Positions 37,197-50,000 of a stretch of DNA of 52,544 bases are shown here, piece after piece (position 1 is the first letter of the stretch; the number at the start of each line of letters is the position of its first letter). The stretch spans positions 34,587,611 to 34,640,154 of the forward strand of contig NC_068987.1 in the NCBI RefSeq assembly GCF_001194135.2, in the 5' to 3' direction. The notes beneath the pieces were generated by a model. The model searched no databases. It saw only the letters and a list, made by a program, of their open reading frames with translations, and had not been told where the DNA came from. A program made the position numbers and the translations under genes. The DNA comes from Octopus bimaculoides. Its lineage: Eukaryota.

Positions 37197-38686
37197 CGCG
37201 CGCGCGCACGTGCAAATCTGCATCATGCATATACATGGATATGAGTATATGCATTTTCATTACAGATTCCTTCATATTAAATTAATTATGTAATATTTTT
37301 CTCTCTATTCTTTCAGTTCTTTAGAAGATTTTCTCACTTTCACTGTTGATTATTTCATGCCTTAGAATTCCTTCCTAGAAATTTTTATATATGGACGCAG
37401 CCAATATATTGTTTAGATTAAAAGACATATTAAAATAGATTGAATTTAGTTCCTTTTCAACAGAAATATATTTTTCAACAGTTCTTTTGTTAGTAAAATC
37501 CTACAAGATTAATGCGTTGCTATGCTGTTTAATCTCAATATTTTACATACCCTAACGCATAACAATATATAGACAAACTCGCTATGACAGTATATTTACG
37601 CACAAGTATATACTCACACGCATTCTTAGACAAAATCCATTTTATATATGTTCTTTTTTTTTTTGTTACTCTAAATTCGCTCGTCGTTTAATTCTTGTAG
37701 AAATATCATGTGACCAATTTCACCTTATTCAGTAAGTTTCCATCAAAAACCGCCACCCAACCTATAATACATATAATACATACATACAATCACATGCTAT
37801 CATGTGCGCACACAAACATTCCTCACTCCTACATAGACATACATACTAAGACATATAACTCTGTATCCGTGTATCTGTATAAGTTGGATGTACGTGCGTG
37901 TATGTAGGCATGTATGTATAATATACTCACATTCGCGAATATATGGATGTATATATTGATGTATGTATGCACTTACATACATACACAATATTTATCTTCC
38001 TTCTTTTTACTAAATATATAAATAACTAAATACTGTAAAGAAAAAATAAATAAGTACAAATAAAGCAACATTAAAAGAACCGAGGAAATAAAAGCGAATA
38101 ATAAAACGAAATGAAACCTCAAACATAATCAATGAAAGCATAAAATAGAGAAGAGAGACTAAAAGGAAACGTGGAAGAATGAAAGAAAACTGAGAAAGTA
38201 AGAGAAAAAGATGTATGAAGACACAAATCAATGGAAGAAGACAGAAAGAAAAAGAATGAAAAAATTCTCATTGTTAACAACCCTGTTCTTTTCATTAAGA
38301 TCAATGAGAACCATAAATGCAGAAACCAATTTATTAATTTCTGTCTGCTGTAGACGTTTCCTTTAAGTTCTTTTCTTGTTTTTGTTGTTTTTTTCAATAG
38401 AACATGGTGTAAGCATGCGGTTCAGTTTGATCTGTAATATCACTGATTCGAAGAGAACATTTCTGAATGACATTTCTCGCTGCCTTACTTGTGTGGCAAC
38501 ATCTTTGAGTATGATTAGCGCCTGAATGTAAGAGCATATGTAAACTACAGTTTCGAAGAATTCAAAACTTAAAGTGTAATATCTAGTCTGTTTCGTGTGT
38601 TATAGTCGTCTCCTTGATCAGACAAACAGATGAACCGAGCTATCCATAACGGGGTACTTCCATCTTCATAGAACTATGAAAAACTA

Positions 38687-38791
38687 CCAGGGGTGTTTGA
38701 AAATCTTGAGCCTCAAAAAGGCAAAACATGGTAGAAGACTTCCGATAAAGGTACAAGACTTCAAGGCTCAAAGCTTTTCATACACTCCTCG
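38687..38791. mobile_element. 105-bp mariner-type MITE
   Basis: TA-CCAGGGGTGTTTGAAAATCTTGAGCC versus the reverse complement TA-CGAGGAGTGTATGAAAAGCTTTGAGCC. TA on both sides (38685-86, 38792-93). The TIR resembles that of the 31500-32368 mariner. Confidence 0.8.
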
Positions 38792-41016
38792 TACACTATC
38801 CAATCTCCCTTTCAGCTAGTAAGTTGTTATTTCAGGAATATTTGGTTACTATAACTTGCAGAGCGACAAAGCTTCAACTNNNNNNNNNNACACTATCCAA
38901 TCTCCCTTTCAGCTAGTAAGTTGTTATTTCAGAAATATTTGGTTACTATAACTTGCAGAGCGACAAAGCTTCAACTATAAGTTTTAAATGTATTCTTGAA
39001 TGTGCATGTTAGTGTTTGAATGGCTATTTATCATTTTTCGTAATGCATTGTTCAAAGGGAAAAATTCCCCACGGCTAAAACTTTTGATACATTCCTAGAT
39101 AGGTGGCAAGAAAGGTGGTGGTTACTCTTAGCCAAGATACGTCACATATTTCATTGCATCGAAGTGGAGCCAGCAAGAGGGGAATGTGTAAGTGTGGATG
39201 GGTGGATGTGCGTGCGTGTATGTAGGCATGTATGTATAATATTCTAGCTTGAGAAAGGTTAAACCGGGAACTGAATGAAGTATGGAAGTGAGAATAATAA
39301 TAGACTTTCAAACGAATTTCTACACAATTCTTGTCTCCAAAAATTTCAGCTCACAAAGCTTTCGGCTGAGATGGTGCTAAAATAAGAGACAATTACTCTC
39401 ATCTCTGGACAGCACAATCTGATTGAAACTTAAATCTTATACTATCGACGTGAACATTTTTAATTATATTTCCATCAATGAGAAGTGATGTACTTTAGTT
39501 TGAATATGTTAAACAATGAAACGATTCTCGAGGATAATTTAACAGACAATATCTGAGAATATTCAGTAACATTAATTTCCATGACTTTACGAATCTCCTC
39601 ATAAACTTTTAGGCGGTTAGTAGTAACATATGTACCAGTCATACACGTGGTGGTTTCGTGACAACTACATATACCACTTTTCGTGAACGAATATGCTTTT
39701 CTGCTGTATATGAAATCATTGTATTCATATTAACATATTTCAGTTAATACCTATTAAATAACCAAGAAGAAATACCCATGAGGGGACGAAAGCTCATATC
39801 AAAGTAACTATCACAGTATCGCAGTGAGTAATATTGTTTTCATTAAGTGCACATTATTTACAGGAAAATTTTCTGGCATTTTTCACTCTCCTTGATCTTT
39901 CATGTAAAATATATAAATGTACATCACTGTACTACCTGAAGTGGTGTCGTAGTAATCCCTAAATAGATGAGTATTTGTTTAGCAGTTGGATTCAGACACT
40001 AACGTGACGAATCATTAGTTGAGCTGAGTGTGTTCGAAACGTACTGCATTTTAGCTAGTACAGATCACAAGATATGCTCAATCTTCGTTTGAAGTCCTAT
40101 AAATTATAACAGGTAGCTGAACATTCATTCATGGGGAAGCACGAATTTTACATCAAAAGAAGACAACAAATTATTAGTAAGCCACTCAAGTAAGGGAAAT
40201 ATATATTTTGTTGTGCAATCCTAGATCTGTTAGGCGGAAGGAAGGGCTGGTCAAGACTGGAAGGGTTTATCACATATGCGGCCCTCATGCGTCTAAGAGT
40301 AGCAGGTCAGTAAAATCACTATCGACTTTCCTAATTAGTCTAATTATAGAAGATAACAAGTATAGTTTTCACAAGCATAAACTGACTGTACGATTCAGTG
40401 TACCATGGCAGGTGGCATGAAGTTATGTGCCCAGATGTCATAGATCACATTCACTTTGACAGATCATTTCGTATGTTGGCACCAGTCACAGAGTATTCAG
40501 TGAAGACTGCTATTCCATGAATGGTAAGCAGAATGTCATTCACAATATGCCCTTATCACATGCGAAATGCAACTGAGCGAATCCCAAGAATCATAATTTA
40601 CATGTAGTAAGAGAGATATTCGGGACGAAGTTATTGTCGCAATAAGTATTTTATCCACACCGCAGACTACACACAGCAATGTTAGAACGTGTGTTCTGGT
40701 CATTTCCCATCGTGCTTTCATTTGCTTCAGTAACCGGTGCGCCTTGCAGTACAGTATGCCCTCCACATAGGACAGGGCATTATAGCCGCTAGTGATGTCA
40801 GACTTGTTACTAAATTGTAATATTGATGAATTAAACATGCCATATCGAATGAATACCATATGATTGCCCATGCCGCAGCCCAGCATCTAATCTGCGAATC
40901 TAATATAATCTAATATTTTTAAGGTGTTTGTATGTAGTAGAGGTATAGACTACAAATAGCTGCCAATAGGTTTATAACTATAGAATATCATTTTAAATAT
41001 ATTTTATTATGTGTGT

Positions 41017-41405
41017 GTGGAGGCGAAATGGCCCAGTGGTTAGGGCAGCGGACTCGCGGTCATAGGATCGCGGTTTCGATTCCCAGACCGGGCGTTCTGA
41101 GTGTTTATTGAGCGAAAACACCTGAAGCTCTACGAGGTTCCGGCAGGGGATTGTGGCGAACTCTGCTGTACTCTTTCACCACTACTTTCTCTCGCTCTTA
41201 CTTCCTGTTTCTGTTGTGCCTGTAATTCAAAGGGGCCAGCCTTGTCACACTGTGTCACGCTGAATATCCCCGAGAACTACGTTAAGGGTACACGTGTCTG
41301 TGGAGTGCTCAGCCACTTGCACGTTAATTTCACGAGCAGGCTGTTCCGTTGATCGGATCAACTGGAACCCTCATCGTCGTAAGCGACGGAGTGCCATCTA
41401 CAACA
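41017..41405 (+). mobile_element. tRNA-derived SINE (family C), apparently full length
   Basis: Box A TGGCCCAGTGG (41029-39), box B GGTTTCGATTCCC (41072-84), about 300-bp GC-richer body and a short CAACAG tail. Confidence 0.88.
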
Positions 41406-42360
41406 GTATGATGTAGTCTTAGAGCGATGCATAAATGAAGTGTCACAGCCGTAATGCCTCTAAACAAATTTACATATCTATTTCTTCGGAGTTAAATATC
41501 GACATTAAATAAATCAACAACTACAAGAATAACAAGGTTTTATGCTTTATCAACTGTAATTGAATATGGTAGTAAGAAATAGAGAGCTACACTTAATTGT
41601 GTAGATTTATCCAATAAAAGTTGTTTCTAATTAATTAGACCTGTTCAGATTGATAACTTAATCGTTAAATGAATTCAAAGATTATTGCAATTAATTAATG
41701 TAAATTTATTACTACCCAGTTAGTTCTGAAGATATTTTTTGAAAATATAATTACAAATTAGCAATAGAAATAGCTTTGAAATTTCCATTTATCTCCGCTA
41801 GATAATTATTTGAACCTATCGTAACCTGACGGTGTAATATCATAATATTTGCTGTACTAATTAATCTAATGAATAGGTGATAACTTTTCTCTTTTTGCAA
41901 CGCTAATACAGCAATGGATGAGGGAATACTTAAATCTAGATTATTATATAAGTTGTGTGGATTTACGTTCATCAAAGCGGAAAGTTCAAATCCCCATGAA
42001 GTATTGGGTTGTTTCAAATGATTGTACCGTCCCCGAAGGTTTTCAGCATACTGGAAATTTCTATCTATAAATTGATGTGATGTTCATTGAAGAATTTTTC
42101 ATTTCCAGCTGCATCCTATTTCATACATATAATATTAATGAATACATGTTTAATTGCTAAGACAATATGAACTATCGATAGGTGTCACCGAACCTATCGA
42201 TCTTATTCAAGTCTCCTATAAAAGACACACCAACATATAATACTAAACCATCTATGCTCCGCACGCTATCAATCCATTGTTCACAGATAACCCTCGCCCT
42301 GCATGTCCTTCAATCTTGACCCACCGAAAACAGCTACAGAGAGAAATGTATCAAGCAATG

Positions 42361-42486
42361 TTCTGTGTGTTCCACCATTTTTCTGTGTGTTCCACCAATT
42401 TTCTGTGTGTTCCACCATTTTTATGTGTGTTCCACCAATTTTCTGTGTGTTCCACCATTTTTCTGTGTGTTCCACCATTTTTCTGT
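42361..42486. repeat. 20-bp minisatellite, 6 copies plus a partial copy (TTCTGTGTGTTCCACCAWTT)
   Basis: Contiguous units with no spacers; variants alternate ATTT/AATT. Confidence 0.97.
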
Positions 42487-43215
42487 TTCAACTAAAATCA
42501 ATGTCTCATTTCCGACTAAGTATTTCACATATAGATCTCATGACGCTGTTCCCCCAAAACTGCTTACAACGTTTGGCAAAACTTGATCACTCAAATGTGG
42601 GTTGCACTACAATTAAACATCCGTGATGCAATTATTCAACTGTGAAATATGAATTCGTGCACTATAGAGACCTCTTGATATCATACTTTTCAGTTTTCAG
42701 CCTGTTTTTCTTCTAATTTTGCAGTGCATCTCCAGAAACCTTGCAAAATCCTTTACTTTTCACAATAAACCAGTATTCTGAGTAGAACCCCNNNNNNNNN
42801 NTTGCAAAATCCTTTACTTTTCACAATAAACCAGTATTCTGAGTAGAACCCCACCACAAAAAAAACCAAACCTCCATCTTATTTGTTTACTTTTCCGCTA
42901 GTCCCCCACTGTAAAGACTTCACAAATCACGAAATTTATCGATTTCCATCCCTTCAAGTGCATCATTTTGCAAACACAAGTAAAGTTCGAATGTACATTC
43001 TGCATTAAAAGCAACCCTTTTATTTNNNNNNNNNNNNNNNNNNNNNNNNNNNNNNNNNNNNNNNNNNNNNNNNNCTATTCTCACCAAAAATTGTAACCTC
43101 TTGCTCTCCACCGCGATCTAAGCTTAGTTTTGAAAACATGCTCCACTGTGCCAAATTTTATAGGAAGATTTTCTTTGACCAAGCCAACTACCGATTTATT
43201 ATACACGCTCCGGTA

Positions 43216-44306
43216 TGAGGTTGTTCCGAAAATAATGGCCGCCCTAAGTGTTGTCTTTCGAAATGCAATTTATCATAGTATTTTAATTATATTTTAGGTG
43301 AATTTCGACATACTTAATAGTTGATGTATGCTCTTTAATAATTTTCTGATTATTTCCGACACAAAACATTATTGAAGCATTTTCGTAGTAGTGATGAGAG
43401 TTTTGAAGATGAGGATGGTAGAGTACGGCCATGCGGTCTTGTCAATGAACAATTGAAAGCGATTGTTGAACGAAACCCACGTCAAAATGTCTCAGGCACT
43501 TGGTGTCGGTATTGCAAAGTCTCACGCATATCTGCAGAAGATTGGTTCAGGTGAATAAGCTCGACAAATGGGTACTGCATGAGCTTAATAAAAATCAAGA
43601 ATTTCGGTTTTTGAAGTGTCCTTGATGCTGCAAAACACCTGTGACGAAACGTAGATCCTTTATGTTAATCGTAAATGATCAGGTCAATGTCTTGCTTTTA
43701 AGGAAACCCCAAACATTTCCCAAAGCCAAAGTTGTATCAACAAAAGATTATGGGGACTGCCTGGTGGTCTGTAATTGGTGTTGTCCATTACAGCTTTCTG
43801 GAAACCAATCAGAGCATTACAGCAGAGGTTTAGTACAATGAACTCGCTGAAATGCATGCTCACTTGCAAAAAAATGAGACCTGCATTGGTGCATCGGCGT
43901 GGCTCAATTCTGCGCCACGAAAATGCAAAGCCACGTGTTGCAAGAATGACGCTGCAGAAACTCACTGCAGAAACTCACAGACTTGGGATACCAGACCTTA
44001 CCACATTTTCCAGATTCTCCTGAATTTTCACTCAATGACTACCATTTTTTAAAGCATTTAAACACGTTTCTAAGTGATAAAATTGTCAGGTCCATCCCGG
44101 AAGTGAAATCAGCTTTCAAACATTTCTTAACAGCAAAGCCAATATTTTTTTTTTATCAACGAGGCTTAAATAATCTTGTTGATCAATGACAGAGATGCAT
44201 AGATGTTCACGGCACATACTTTGACTAAGAAAAAAAATTCTATTGTTAATTTTTCCAGATTAAAATTATGTTTCTGAAACCGGCCGTTATTTTCGGAACA
44301 ACCTAA
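43216..44306 (+). mobile_element. Mariner transposon with both TIRs, internally deleted and inactivated
   Basis: 26-bp TIRs match 24/26 (43216-41 / 44281-306) with TA flanks. Motifs DKWVLHELN (WVPHEL), ILRHENAKPR (LHDNARPH) and FPDSPEFSLNDYHFLKHL (YSPDL). Confidence 0.93.
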
Positions 44307-45128
44307 TATCATGAACGCATAGGATCTCCCTCTCATTTCAATGAAATGCCTTTATGGCTTCAAGTAGAATCAAATCCACGGATGTCAACTCACACCGTTA
44401 ACCAAAGGGAAGCACCCGTGTTCAAGAAATAACATTCATGCGTGCTTTCATCCTTAAACTCAGGATTCTTTTTGAAAATGTTTGGAATGGGAATCTGTAA
44501 TCAAGTCGTTCAGCCTGTGTTGACGGAGTTATTCCTATGACGACGGAGTGCATTCGCTCATTCTATCGACTCTGCATGCTCATGCCTCCTGCTTTGTCAC
44601 ACAGTGAAATGCTTTCATATATCAATGGCGAAATGAATGACAACATAGAGCTCGAAAGCACTCACCTATTACGGTATTTTACTCTTGTTTCAGTCAAAGA
44701 ACGATCATCATTCTACATACCAGCTAATTATAAGCAGCACTCAATATCGCACCAGACATTGGAATTCAGTATCAATGGAATTCAGTGTCAAGTAAAGTAA
44801 AAGCAGATCATTAAAGAAGCAAGGACAGCATACCAACGACTGACACTTCTTTTATAGACAAATACTATTTTGGTTCCTACCGACTACTCATAGCAGGCCA
44901 GCACATGCGTAAAATTCTAACATATGCAGCAGTCTTCCTGCTAAACACGGATATTTTTAACCGTCTCCAGAAAAATAACATGCAGGAAATGCAAACGTAC
45001 ATTAAGCACCAGTTTACAGAGGCACATTCTCCACTCTTGAACTTTCTATCACTGCACTATTAGTACATCTAATCTTTCGAGTCAGTGAGGCTCGTGCCAT
45101 ATGCACTCGTCTTTACCCCTGTAATCAA

Positions 45129-45430
45129 TATGGCGTCGTGGTTAAGAGCGTGAGCTACTAACCCCAACATTTCGAGTTCGATTCCAGGCAAAGACCTGAA
45201 TAATAATAATAATAATANNNNNNNNNNAATAATAATAACAACAACAACAACAACAACATCAAAAAGTAACTTAGGAGTGAGACCCAGGTTCGAAATTTCC
45301 CAAGACACCTGATGAATGCTGGAGAGTATATAAGCTGAAACGTTGTGTTGACAGCAAACAAGATGAGGACAAATATCCGACAAATATAAATAATGTACAT
45401 AATTCCTAATCTCTTAAATATAGAACTGTA
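45129..45430 (+). mobile_element. Composite tRNA-headed SINE (family D) with (AAT)n/(AAC)n spacer and Penelope-like tail
   Basis: Box A TGGCGTCGTGG (45131-41), box B GAGTTCGATTCC (45174-85), microsatellite 45199-45258, then a tail containing a hammerhead core. Confidence 0.8.
45304..45349 (+). ncRNA. Minimal type I hammerhead ribozyme (stem II partly mutated)
   Basis: Stem I GACAC (45304-08) / GTGTT (45345-49); core CTGATGA (45309-15); stem II GCT...AGC; GAAA (45337-40); palindromic ACGT stem III; predicted cleavage after GUU at 45344. Confidence 0.7.
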
Positions 45431-46078
45431 ATATGCACGTTTCCAACAAACCAAGTGAACGTGCTAACCTCTTTACCAAATCTATTTGCTTTCTGCAATC
45501 CAGCAATGTAACTTTTTGTAAAGCCTTCACGTATTTTGAATTATAAATATTCAAAAACAATTCTCAACAACACCAAATCTCGCGAATTCTATGGGCAGTA
45601 ATATATCCACAAGCATGCAACCAGAGAGAGAGTGGGGGAAGAGAGAAACACTAAAGACGCACACAAATATAGGCACAGTTTTGGCATGTATGATGAATAA
45701 AGAATCCAAAGTCTCATAATGAAGAAAATACGAGGTTAATCTGCAACGATAAATCACATCACTATAATATATTCTAGAAAACAACCTGAATTCTGCTCTA
45801 GCCAATGTATGTTACGATGTTAGATTATTGTTTATTATGTGTGGGTGTAAGACGGAAAACACACTAGTCTTTACACTTTGCTTCATATGTAAGTAGTATG
45901 TGATGAGAATAATTGACAAAATGAGTCATGTAATCCTCTGATTGTGACAATTAAAAAGATATTAGATATGCTGAAGATAAAACACAAATCTGCATGTCTT
46001 TGATTAAATAAACCTAGCCGATAAAAAAAAAAAAACAGTTTTAAAACTGAGTATATAAAATGATAAAATGAATGGTTT

Positions 46079-46355
46079 ATGCATGGCTGTGAGCTTGCTT
46101 TCAACCACATAGTTCCGATTTCAGTCCCACTGCTAACTCCTTGGTCAAGTGCCTCTTGTTATAGCCTCGGGCCGACTAAAGCTTCGTGAGTGGATTTCGT
46201 TGACGGAAAATGAAAGAAGACTGTAGTGTGTATACATACAGACACATATATATATATGTGTGTGTGTGTGTATTCATATATATATANNNNNNNNNNNNNN
46301 NNNNNNNNNNNNNNNNNNNNNNNNNNNNNNNNNNNNNNNNNNNNNNNNNNNNNNN

Positions 46356-46399
<44 letters not shown>

Positions 46400-46590
46400 G
46401 TGTGTATGTGTGTGTTTATATCACCGTGTATCGCTTGACAACCGGTGTTGGTATGATAACGTCCACATAGCTTAGTGATTCGGCAAAAAATACCGATATA
46501 ATAAGTACCAGGTTTTATTAAAAAATTCTTGGGTCGATTTGTTCAACAAAACACTTGAAAGCGGTATCACTGAAAGATGATTGGAGCAAA
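46079..46590 (+). mobile_element. SINE (family B; CORE-like CCTTGGTCAAGT motif) with internal (TA)n/(TG)n spanning an N gap
   Basis: Degenerate pol III head GCATGGCTGTGAG...GATTTCAGTCCC, body TATAGCCTCGGGCCGAC...GTGAGTGGATTT...GAAAGAAG, and 3' part GCTTGACAACCGGTGTTGG...GATTCGGCAAAA...AATAAGTACCAGG. Confidence 0.85.
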
Positions 46591-46739
46591 GTGCGATATT
46601 ATGTAATTATAGAAAGGAATCCCGTACTTTCGTGGCTTAGATGCATATCATGTCTCAACCGTTCTGACGGCAATATATGAACAAAGTACATCAAATTAAG
46701 TACTTAGAACGTTCAAAGATTAATGAAAAGTATTTCAGA

Positions 46740-47854
46740 ACATGCGGTTTATTATTCAGACTCATTTTATATTACAGTACATTGATATTTTCTTAACCGT
46801 TGTTACAAAAATCTGAAATAGAACTTTCAAAGCTGAATAGCAACTTTGCCATTCAACTTTAAAATAAAACTTGAAGCAGCTGAAACTTTTCGCAATATCA
46901 ACGAAACGATTTGTCAGAAAATAACCAGTGAGTGGTTAGCTCAAAAATGGTTTAAATGATTTCACAGTGGAGACGTAAACGTTGAAGATCGTGAGCGTAG
47001 TGGCGGGCCATCTATCATCGATAACCGCCAACTACAGACTGTCGTTGAGAAAGATCCACGTAAAACCACCCGAGAACTGACAAAAGAACTTCAAGTTAGC
47101 CAAACAAACTACCTTCAACCATTTGCATGCGATCAGAAAATCCACACGATTTGAATGCACAGATAGGAAATGTACACGTCACTTCTTCTCCGTAACCAGA
47201 TCAATCCATTTCTCAACTGTATTGTAACTTGCGATGGAAAGTGAAATCTGTACAATAATAAAATCGTTCTCCGCAGTGGTTGGACCAAAATGAGTCCCGA
47301 ACTATTAAGAAAAAATGGTTATGGTGACTGTTTGGTTTTCTGCTGGATTCATTAACTATAACTTCTTAAAACCCAGAAAAACCATTACTGCAGAAGCATA
47401 TTGCCATGACATTGCCAAAAATGAATGACCAATTGCTATTCCTCCGTCCGAGATTGGTCAGCTGAAGGGGGCTAATCATTGTGCATGACAATGCTCGACC
47501 ACACGTTTCAGTAATGACGTTCCAGAACTTGCGGGATCTTGGTTACGATGTTCTTCCCCAGCCAGCTTAATTTCCAAACCTTTCTCCTACCGACGACAAC
47601 GTTTTCAAGCACCTTGATGGTTTCCTGCTAGAGAAGGAGTTAAAAAAAATCAAACTTATTTGAAAATGCGTTCAAAGAGTTCATCAGCGCCAAAATTGAA
47701 GATTTTTTTGTTACTAGAATAGACAAATGTGTAACTCGTTGGCAAAAATGTGTTGATTGTAATGGTACTTGCTTTGATGAATAAACTTTCTGCATTGTTG
47801 ATATATATTGTGATGAATTTCATGTTTCAAAACGCTGCTTACTTTTTACTCACC

Positions 47855-47858
<4 letters not shown>
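46740..47858 (+). mobile_element. Mariner transposon (DD34D type), near-full-length pseudogene, 5' TIR not found
   Basis: WFK*FHSGDVNVEDRERSG, IVTCDGK* (47221), VHDNARPH (47481) and LSPTD. The 3' TIR (reverse complement TCAGGGTGAGTAAAAAGTAAGCAGC) ends at 47858, followed by (TA)n. Confidence 0.92.
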
Positions 47859-47892
<34 letters not shown>

Positions 47893-48515
47893 AAGACGAT
47901 GACCAAACATGCGGAAAAGAGTAAATACACACAATAGACGTGGACACACACACATTCTCGTCCCAAGGTAGCGACCAAACATCATCGTAATTTTGACTAT
48001 TTATTGATAATATCGATCAAGTGAACATGAAAGTCGGGCACAGAGGAAAAATTTGAGAAGTACAAAAATCAGAAGAGGTCTTCAGAACAAACGTTAAAAT
48101 AATTACAATTTATGCGGCTGAAAGGGAAAATACATGACCCGAAATATCAAAATCAGTAAAGAAAACAATGATGATACAGATATTTGTATACATACACGGA
48201 ATTTCGGCTCTACGATACAATTGCGACATGATATGTACGAAGGTAATGCTAACAAGAAAGAAATTGGTCATTTGGTCAAAAAACAAAACAAAAACAAAAG
48301 AACCTATATAAAGGGCTTTATGCATAGGCAAATCATGAGATGAAACCAAATTTGAAATTTTAGGCAAAACAGCTAAAAAAATAACCTGGCAAGAGAACAA
48401 TCAGTAAAAGACAAGTTAGTTCATTTTAAGCAGGGTATAGTCATGTGGTACACTTTTTGGAAAGGGAAGAAATAATGGGTAATAGTTGGATCAGAAAAGA
48501 CATAGTGAGAGACAG

Positions 48516-48560
48516 TGAGTGAGTGAGTGAGTGAGTGAGTGAGTGAGTGAGTGAGTGAGA
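48516..48560. repeat. (GAGT)n microsatellite
   Basis: Directly visible. Confidence 0.95.
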
Positions 48561-48968
48561 GAGTAAAGGATGGACCGTACAGAGAAACAAACCGGTGGTG
48601 ATGGACGAATCCGAAAATAAAACGGATAGAGGTTAAGGAGAAACGGATAAGAGGATAGAATGCGTAGTATGAAAGACGATGAAAGGCAAAAGGACGTATG
48701 CATTGAAAATGTACGTCGTGATACGACAGACAAAGGAGGAAATAGAAAGGTGATTAAAGAGAGCAAATAAAGGGCAGAGATAGATAGAAAGATATAAAAT
48801 AATATAATAAAATTATATTGATAGAAGGGTGTCCAAAATAAGTAAAAGAACACACACATACAGGTAGGATAAGGCCAGAACGAGAAATGGAAAGGACTTG
48901 TAGTAGGAACGAGGAAAGAAATGTGTGTATGTGTGTACGTGTGCACATGAAAGAGAGAGAACGATATA

Positions 48969-49001
<33 letters not shown>

Positions 49002-49529
49002 NNNNNNNNNNNNNNNNNNNNNNNNNNNNNNNNNNNNNNNNNNNNNNNNNNNNNNNNNNNNNNNNNNNNNNNNNNNNNNNNNNNNNNNNNNNNNNNNNNN
49101 NNNNNNNNNNNNNNNNNNNNNNNNNNNNNNNNNNNNNNNNNNNNNNNNNNNNNNNNNNNNNNNNNNNNNNNNNNNNNNNNNNNNNNNNNNNNNNNNNNNN
49201 NNNNNNNNNNNNNNNNNNNNNNNNNNNNNNNNNNNNNNNNNNNNNNNNNNNNNNNNNNNNNNNNNNNNNNNNNNNNNNNNNNNNNNNNNNNNNNNNNNNN
49301 NNNNNNNNNNNNNNNNNNNNNNNNNNNNNNNNNNNNNNNAGATACGAACTGACCTTAGAATACTATATTATCTGGAAGAGAAAAAGTGAGTCAATCCCAA
49401 TCACTCCTAAAAATGTTTCAACACAAATACCGATATTGCTCGTCTTACTAAGGACATCGATATTAAAGCAAGAAGCCAAGAATAAGTTATATGTTCAATT
49501 AATAGTTAATTATTAAATAAAGAATTTGC

Positions 49530-49725
49530 TGGAAGTAGTTTCCTAATTTTGGCAGAAGTGTATCAATTTCAGTGGGTAAGTTGTCAACATTAAAACCAGT
49601 GCTAGATTGATATTATTTTATCAACCTCAAAAGGATGGAACGCAAAATCGACCTCAGCGGAAATTGAACTCAGGACGTTATGCATTTTGCCGAAAATGCT
49701 AGGATCGCTGCCAGCTCGCCGCCCT
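49530..49725 (-). mobile_element. tRNA-derived SINE (family A)
   Basis: Ends GCTGCCAGCTCGCCGCCCT (reverse complement of the head GGCGAGCTGGCAG). Contains AAAGGATGGAACGCAAAATCGACCTCAGCGGAAATTGAACTCAG. Confidence 0.75.
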
Positions 49726-50000
49726 AAAACCTTACCAAAACTGAGTTTATATAAATACCGTTCCTTTTACATACATACATACATATAAATGCATGTATGT
49801 GTGTATATATATAGAGAGAGAGACATGCAGGCAGTGGGGGAAGAGAGAGAGGTGAGAGAGGGGGAAAGAAAAACGAGGGAAAACAAAGATATGTTTTACA
49901 AGACTAAATAATATATTAGAATCATCGTAGCAAACGTATTAAACAATATTATACAAAAGAATATTAATATATACATATACACTAAATTTCATTTGCCATA

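Noticed and set aside
40440-40890. Cys-containing minus-strand frame (CSLRCG*NTYCDNNF...CKL) resembling a PAN/apple fold
   Set aside because: Multiple stops, no splice signals, and the resemblance is only subjective.
42361-42486. Short direct repeats as a CRISPR array
   Set aside because: The units are contiguous with no unique spacers, there are no cas genes and the context is eukaryotic.
42741-42852. 51-bp direct repeat around a 10-N gap
   Set aside because: The copies are identical and abut the gap; this is an unmerged contig overlap.
2283-49516. All long ORFs containing X runs or YI/CV/HT repeats
   Set aside because: They are translations through N gaps and (TA)n/(CA)n microsatellites, not genes.
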